A program made the position numbers and the translations under genes. A stretch of DNA of 64,000 nucleotides from Asterias rubens (taxonomy: Eukaryota), in contig NC_047071.1 in assembly GCF_902459465.1 (NCBI RefSeq), positions 9,796,001-9,860,000 on the forward strand, written 5' to 3'. This document shows positions 57,461 through 64,000 of this stretch, piece by piece. The first letter of the stretch is position 1, and each line of letters begins with the position of its first letter. The notes under the pieces were generated by a model. The model did not search any database. It had not been told where the DNA came from and worked only from the letters and a program-made list of their open reading frames with translations.

Positions 57461-57832
57461 CGGCAGTGGACACTATTGATAAATGTCAAAGACTAGCCGT
57501 CACAGTTGGTGTATCTCAACATATGCATAAAACAACTAACCTGTGAAAATTTGAGCTCAATCGGTCATCAAAGTTGCGAGATAATAATGAAAGAAGAAAA
57601 CACCCTAGTCACACGAAGTTGTGTGCGTTTAGATGGTTGATTTCGAGACCTCCTAAATCTGAGGTCTCGAAATCAAATTCGTTGAAAATTACTTCTTTCT
57701 CGAAAACTATGGCACTTCAGAGGGAGCACGTTTCTCACAATATTTTATACCAACAACTCCCCATTACTCGTCACCAACAAATGTTTTATGCCAATAATTA
57801 TTTTGAGTAACTACCAATAGTGTCCACTGCCT
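57461..57832 (+). mobile_element. MITE family A copy
   Basis: TTAA|CGGCAGTGGACACTATTG..CCAATAGTGTCCACTGCCT. Confidence 0.8.
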
Positions 57833-58259
57833 TGAAATGTGTTACAAGCTTGCCCTGGCGGCCTTACACTTTCGTACTTTATACAGATAAAGAGTCCTTT
57901 CTATGAGGCTACGTTATAAGCTTGATATGAAACGACCGGCGCACATTTCCAGCGATTTTCAACACACTGAATAACAAGGTGGATGCATAATGTGAAAACT
58001 GTTTCCAGAAATTTTCGAGGCATTGTAAGTAAGCATGGAAAGCAGTGCGTGTTTATACCAAACGCTTCCAAAAAGCTCTAAAGTATATTATATGGGACAC
58101 GGTGGGTGCGTTTCCGAGCTGATGCCAAAAGCCGTATAGAAATGATGGGTACAGATCAAAGCCGTTTTCAATTCATTAACTATGTTCTAAACCTGAATAA
58201 TTCACCAATACAAACTAAGGTGCAAATTTAAAAACTTTAACAAAGTGCACCCAGTTTAA

Positions 58260-58561
58260 AGGAACACGTTGCCTTGGATCGGTCGAGTTGGTCTTTGAAA
58301 AGCGTTTGTAACCGTTTGTTATAAAATGCATATGATTAGAAAGATATTTTAAAAGTAGAATATAATGATCCACACAAGTATGACTTCCATAAATGGCCGA
58401 TCTTGTTAGTTCGCAAAGTAAAAATGAAAACCACGCATTTTCGAGGCAAATTTTTTATCATACTCTACTTTTAAAATATCTTTCTAATCATATGCATTTT
58501 ATAACACGGTTACAAACGCTTTTCAAAGACCAACTAAACCGATCCAATGCAACGTGTTACT
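58260..58561. mobile_element. MITE family C, long (~110 bp) TIRs
   Basis: TTAA|AGGAACACGTTGC..GCAACGTGTTACT|TTAA; arms are near reverse complements. Confidence 0.8.
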
Positions 58562-59096
58562 TTAAATCTAGGGACGAAGCCTTGAATCGTGTGGATTGGT
58601 TGTTCTGACCCTACGTGATTGTTTGGGGTTTCCCTGTATAATGGTTGCCTACCACATCTGACACTGAAATCGCTACACGAGTATTTTGATCATCTGTTTT
58701 GAGCAAAGTGTTTCAGAAAGGTAGAACAAGTAGCAGATGGCCACCTGGTTGAACACCAACTACGAGAGCAATTTCATCAAATTTACTATTGCCATGCTAC
58801 TAATACAACGACTAACGTTACACTTAATAGTACAGCGGACTCCGGGACAAGTCTACCAGCTACATTGGATACAATGATTTAATTGGACAAATGCAGTGAC
58901 TAAAAGCTTCGGTATCTGTGTTTTGATTGGTCCGTGCAGCTGACAAACATCGCCCTGACCAATCAAAACACATGGTAAGCTTACTTTCATATACGGTCAT
59001 ATGCTGTGCCCATGTGTGTATACAGCATGCATGTGTGCATCATTGGTTGTATAATTATCTGCTTTTATTATTGCTTTCTGTACTATATTATGTTAA

Positions 59097-59669
59097 AGTC
59101 ACCTGGAAATAGAATTGTTTTTCTTTCAAACTTAAGAGTATATGCTTACGAACAATAAAACATTTTTTTAGTAATTGTTTGTCACGATTTATATGTTTAA
59201 AAAATATATAAAGTTGTTTGGGGGGCTGACTCCGCCTACCCCTTTTGTGACGTCAATCGAGGCAGACTTTGCCTGCAATGCGTATAGTAAACACACGTGC
59301 AAAGTACATGTACGTCCAAGTCGTGAGTTGGTACGTTTCAAAAAGTGTTTTTCTGCATTCAGCAGCAATACACCTGGTCGGCAGTGCCGGAAAAAAAAAA
59401 AAATCTTGTTTTGAATCGTACAAACTCACGACTTGGTCCGTACATGTACTTTGCAATTGTGCTTACTCTCCGCATTACAGGCAAAGTCTGCCTCGATTGA
59501 CGTCACGAACAGCGCCCTCTCGGGTCGGGGTCTACTCTTAAATTTGTAAATAACATAAGAACTGATTTTTTAAAACCTTAGTTAACTGTTTATTCACATT
59601 CCACTCATCAAAACACATATATTAGTGACAAAAGCTTTCTTTTGAAAAAAATACCACTTCCAGGTGACT
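59097..59669. mobile_element. MITE family D (573 bp)
   Basis: TTAA|AGTCACCTGGAA..TTCCAGGTGACT|TTAA; inner ~100-bp inverted repeat, ~59247-59345 versus ~59405-59508. Confidence 0.8.
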
Positions 59670-59812
59670 TTAAATCTATAATAATTTTATTGTGTACCCC
59701 AGATGTGGGGCAACAGATCTAAGGATCATAGTATGTATTTGCTTTTGTTGTCCCTTGCCCATCTCGGGGTATATTGTCAATAAATTTTGTTTTGTACTGT
59801 TATGGCAAATAA

Positions 59813-59851
<39 letters not shown>

Positions 59852-60059
59852 CATGTACTTGCATGTAAAGTTGGTGTAGAATTTGACTACGTATCTCTAT
59901 GTGACATAAATACGAGTGAAAGGTAAAGATACACGACCGCTGGAGGCCAGTCTCTGTCGTTATAGATTGTATCGAATAACCCCCTTTTTGCTATGAAAGG
60001 AGCCAATTAATGTAGTTGTTTCAGAATGGGGGTGACAGAACAGGATTTTCTAGACAGTG

Positions 60060-60410
60060 TCACAATGCGGACAATGAAGCCGTTGAAGTCGGGAAATCAT
60101 GTTGGGTAGGAAGACTGTAGAGAATAGCATTGTCGTTGTCAAGACGAGAAGTAACCAATGCATAAATGACCTTTTCAGTGGCCCTATTTGTCCAAGTACT
60201 TGCGAATCTTACCAATATTCCTGATGTGATATGATGATAGACGAACAATGTTGTTGATGTGTGGCTGAAGTGTCATCAATGAATACAAAATAACCCCAAA
60301 GTTCCGAGCTTGCAGCGAGGGAGCTATCCGAGCATCACCGAAGGAAATGTATGGCACTGAAACCTTTGTTAGCTGTTGACGTGACCCAAATAGAAGGAAC
60401 TCTGTAAAAT
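60060..60410 (-). mobile_element. L2/CR1-group LINE RT C-terminal fragment
   Basis: TEFLLFGSRQQL..RNFGV..HIRNIGKIRKYL..LVTSRLD..LYSLP across a frameshift. Confidence 0.8.
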
Positions 60411-61774
60411 AAATCACAGAAACTTGAGTTGAATGAAAGTTGAAACAAAACTTAAGTTAACTTCAGGAAGTTTAAGTCAATAGATCAACTAGCGTCTTGG
60501 TCAACATGACCCAGAGTCCTTGACCCGGCTACTTTGTCCCAGTGTTTGTTGAACAATTACTCTGAGTCTTGGAGAAAAAATCCCACTGTCCAACTCAATT
60601 GGGCCCGGGGTCTGAGCTAAAATGACGGAAAATCTTGTCAGAATTCTGGTAATTATCCATTAGTCATGCAGAACTTCAGTTGGGTCTACTTGGGGACGTA
60701 CCAAAAAAATGATCTCATGTTAATAATTGTTGAAACGCTCTATGTGGTCGCAAGTCAGTAGCCCCGAGAGCCTGATCGAGTTGCTGAAGCGTTGTTCTCG
60801 AAAACACAAGTAGGTCACACTAAGCTAATGCCATTGTACGTCTGCAAGCATTCTTCAAATCCTTTGTTAGGCCGGTTATTATTTCGTATTTTTATTATGA
60901 CTACTGCAACTCAATGACCTGATGAAATCAAATTTAGATTATAGTTTGCATTGCGAAAATGCAAACGCAAGACTGCACTTTTAAAGAAATGAATGCATTA
61001 GTCATACTCTATTGAAATACACCCACAGAGAGGGTAAAGACAAATCGTACCTTTGCCGAGCAGTTCTAGAAATACTGAGAATCCAGTAAAAAAAACGGTA
61101 AGATTAGTTTAGTTTCTATGACATTATAACCTGTAATAGACTCTATCGAACGTATTCTGTTGATAACTTTAATACAAAGCGTGTTGTCCGAAAGGTTCAC
61201 TATTGTACAAACTTAATGTAGTTTGACGGTCTGATGAGGGAAAAACTCTGGCAAAAAAAGGGAAATACCCTTTTTTCAAACCAGACTACCGAACAAAAAA
61301 ACATAGTAAACAACATGCTGGACCGAGTAGTTTATTGTAGTTCAATACTAGTAAGTCGATTTGGAACTCAGGTAGGCCTATCGCTCAAAACTTTCAAGGA
61401 ATTTCCACTTTTGATTGTGTTAACTAACTCTATGGTGCTCAATTCACTCAGTTCGGTTGGACCTTCGAAAAGTTTCCCCAATAACGAAAGTTGAAATAAA
61501 ACTCAAGTTTCTGTGATTTATTTCACATCAAATCAGTTCGAATTTCGAGGTTCATCACTGCTATACTAATTCCAGTGAGCATGTAGTACAATTTTGATGT
61601 CGCCTTGCAGTTGATTTAAAATCCCGTTTGTAAATCAAAATTGAAACTTGTTTATCCTGAATTTATTCTCAACAGGTATCTCTGTTGTACGAGTACAGTT
61701 CTGCCGGGGTCTAAAGACGAACCCTTCAACATTACTTCTGTCCTCTAGTCGTTGCAACCCACTTAATACACACA

Positions 61775-62950
61775 ATGGCAAATGACTCTACCACAATCTT
61801 CGCGGTGGAAAATGACACGTTTATCGTCAGTACCTTGTCCGGGAATTTGACTGATGAAACTTCCTCCAGCCCGATGACATCAGGGGAACATTTAACGAAC
61901 ATGTTTGAAAGCACAAGTTTCACCACCCCGTATTGGACGTCTACCACTATGGGGGACGGTCGAACCTTCCGCTTTGAGGACTACACGCAACGAGCCATCA
62001 TCGGCATCCTCGTCTGCTTCGTGGCCTTGTCTGGCTTCGTAGGGAACGTCTTGGTGATTCTGGCCGTTGTCTTATCAAAGAAGCTTCAGACCCGCACCAA
62101 TGCTTTCGTCGTCAACTTGGCTACAACCGACTTGGTGACTTGCACCGCTGCACCGTTTACCGCGGTGGCTCTGTTCAGCATGACGGGCTGGCCCATACCA
62201 GAGGAGGTCTGTTCTGTCGCAGCTGCTATTGGGTTTACCAGTATTGGATGTAGTGTCATGAACCTAGCTGCTATCTCCATTAACCGGTTCGTGCTCATCA
62301 CTAAATCCATCGACACTTACCACTCCATCTACACACCTAAGAAGATAGCAGCCATGTTGGTATTTACGTGGCTCTATCCAGCATTAGTCTGTTCCCTTCC
62401 ATTCTTTGGTATCGGTAAATGGGGTTACTCGGACAAGTACAAGACTTGTACTCAAGACACCTCAGCTGAATCTAGCGATACCTTCAGTCTGCTGGGATCT
62501 GCTCTCATCTACCCAATTCCTCTCATCATCCTGTTCGTCTGTTACTTCAAGATCTACCGCCACATCACAGGCCACATGAAGAAGATGATGGGGAAGGGAA
62601 TCGAGATGGAGGGAACTTCCAATGCCTCCAACGCCAGCAGCACTCAACTACAGAAGAAACCAGCGGGAAGCTTCAGCAAGAGACAGGTACAGATCACCAA
62701 GAATCTCTTCCTTGTGGTGTGCGCCTTTATTGCCTGTCTGGCCCCCTTCGCCATCGCTCTGATGATACCGCCCAGCGATCCGGTCATCCCGTGGACTGGG
62801 GCGATCATCATCTTCAACAGCGCCGTCAACCCTGTCATTTACGGGGTGAAACACCCGCACTTCAAGGAGGTGTTCCGTCACATGCTCCGGTGTCGGTACC
62901 ACTTGATTCCGGAACCATCTAGCTGTCTCAGAAAGATGAGATCAACATAG
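61775..62950 (+). CDS. Class A GPCR paralog 3, intronless, 391 aa
   Basis: Intact ATG to TAG; Ser/Thr-rich N-terminus with NxS/T sites, NRF, CLAPF, NPVIYG. Confidence 0.94.
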   Translation: MANDSTTIFAVENDTFIVSTLSGNLTDETSSSPMTSGEHLTNMFESTSFTTPYWTSTTMGDGRTFRFEDYTQRAIIGILVCFVALSGFVGNVLVILAVVLSKKLQTRTNAFVVNLATTDLVTCTAAPFTAVALFSMTGWPIPEEVCSVAAAIGFTSIGCSVMNLAAISINRFVLITKSIDTYHSIYTPKKIAAMLVFTWLYPALVCSLPFFGIGKWGYSDKYKTCTQDTSAESSDTFSLLGSALIYPIPLIILFVCYFKIYRHITGHMKKMMGKGIEMEGTSNASNASSTQLQKKPAGSFSKRQVQITKNLFLVVCAFIACLAPFAIALMIPPSDPVIPWTGAIIIFNSAVNPVIYGVKHPHFKEVFRHMLRCRYHLIPEPSSCLRKMRST

Positions 62951-63049
62951 GCACCTAAAACAGTTGCCTCCTCCGTGGACCGTGGCTCTATAAAATTTGG
63001 GCAAATGACCCCTTGCACACACGTCACACGCGGCGACTGTGCCACGCTC

Positions 63050-64000
63050 ACCATTTTTGACGAAAGTGCAAGGTTTATCCCTTGTGATTTTTTCCAATTT
63101 CAGCAGCTTTTTGACCAAAAAAAATTGTGAAGGCTTGCCTCTTGTAATTTAATTCAATTTTAGCCCATTTTTGACAAAAGCAGTGATTTTATCAATTGTC
63201 AGAATATTTTGGGCGAAATTGTTGTGTTATCAAATTTAAGCCCATTTTAAGACGACATTGCAAGGTTAAAGGCAGTGGACACTATTGGTAATTGTCAAAG
63301 ATAAGCCTTCACAGTTGGTCTGTCTCAACATATGCATAAAATTACAAACCTGTGAAAATTTGAGCTCAATCGGTCATCGAAGTTGCGTGATAATAATGAA
63401 AGAAAAACAACCCTTGCCACACGAAGTTGTGTGCGTTTAGATGGTTGATTTCGAGACCTCAAGTTCTAAACCTGAGGTCTTGAAATCAAATTCGTGGAAA
63501 ATTACTTCCTTCTCGAAAACTATGGCACTTCAGAGGGAGCCGTTTCTCACAATGTTTTATACCATCAACCTCTCCCCATTACTCGTCACCAAGTAAGGTT
63601 TTATGCTAATAATTATTTTGAGTAATTACCAATAGTGTCCACTGCCTTTAAACCCTATATTGATTTTATCAAATTTCAGCCCATTTTTTACAAAAATGCA
63701 AGGCTTACCTTTTGTGACTGTATCCAATTTCCACCAGTTTTTGACGAAATTGCGAAGTTTACCCCTGTAATTTTAGCCCATTTATGATGCAAGTTTGGCT
63801 TACATCCTTTTTGATTAAATCCAGTTTCAGCCCATTTTTGCCGAAATTGCCAGGCTTATTTTACACCTTTTGATTTTTTCCAATTTCAGCCGTTTGGGGT
63901 AAAAAGCAAGGCTTACCTCTGGTGATTTTGACAATTTTTACCAAATTGCAAGGTTTAATCCTTGAAATTTTATCAAATTTCAGCCCATTATTGAAGAAAA
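63050..64000. repeat. Degenerate ~45-50-bp tandem repeat region interrupted by a family A MITE
   Basis: Recurrent AATTTCAGCCCATTTTTGAC..GCAAGG.TTA..GTGATTTT. Confidence 0.6.
63270..63647 (+). mobile_element. MITE family A copy
   Basis: Perfect TIRs and TTAA flanks. Confidence 0.85.

Noticed and set aside
61229-61295. CTGATGA as a hammerhead core
   Set aside because: There is no correctly placed GAAA or closing stems.
1684-63647. Recurrent short ORFs containing FETSNSKSEVSKSNSWK
   Set aside because: They are translations of MITE family A copies, with inconsistent starts and stops.

Overview
Eukaryotic, repeat-rich animal DNA, most likely an invertebrate deuterostome such as a sea star (inferred from gene and repeat families, not proven). 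Left third: a complete 16-exon minus-strand gene (1934-25477) reconstructed by hand with GT-AG junctions and consistent phases, encoding a 765-aa GABA-B-receptor-like class C GPCR with a divergent ligand pocket and a very short C-tail. Its first intron holds nested transposon relics and a 45-bp satellite. Middle: a decayed KolX/P2X7-ballast-like (Kolobok) gene and an intact, young 9.4-kb Gypsy LTR retrotransposon with Gmr1-type PR-IN-RT-RH order, AAGAG target duplication, tRNA-Pro PBS and LTRs carrying 8 versus 12 copies of a 78-bp repeat. Right third: three intronless paralogous class A GPCRs (one frameshifted, mosaic identity pattern), a PAN plus fibrinogen-domain pseudogene, a 22-bp two-variant minisatellite, LINE, SINE and Penelope fragments and many TTAA-flanked MITEs. 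No rRNA, intact tRNA or CRISPR array was found. I see no wholly new system; the best leads are the orphan receptors, the LTR-internal VNTR, the satellite seeded from a transposon end and the KolX relic. All alignments were done by eye.
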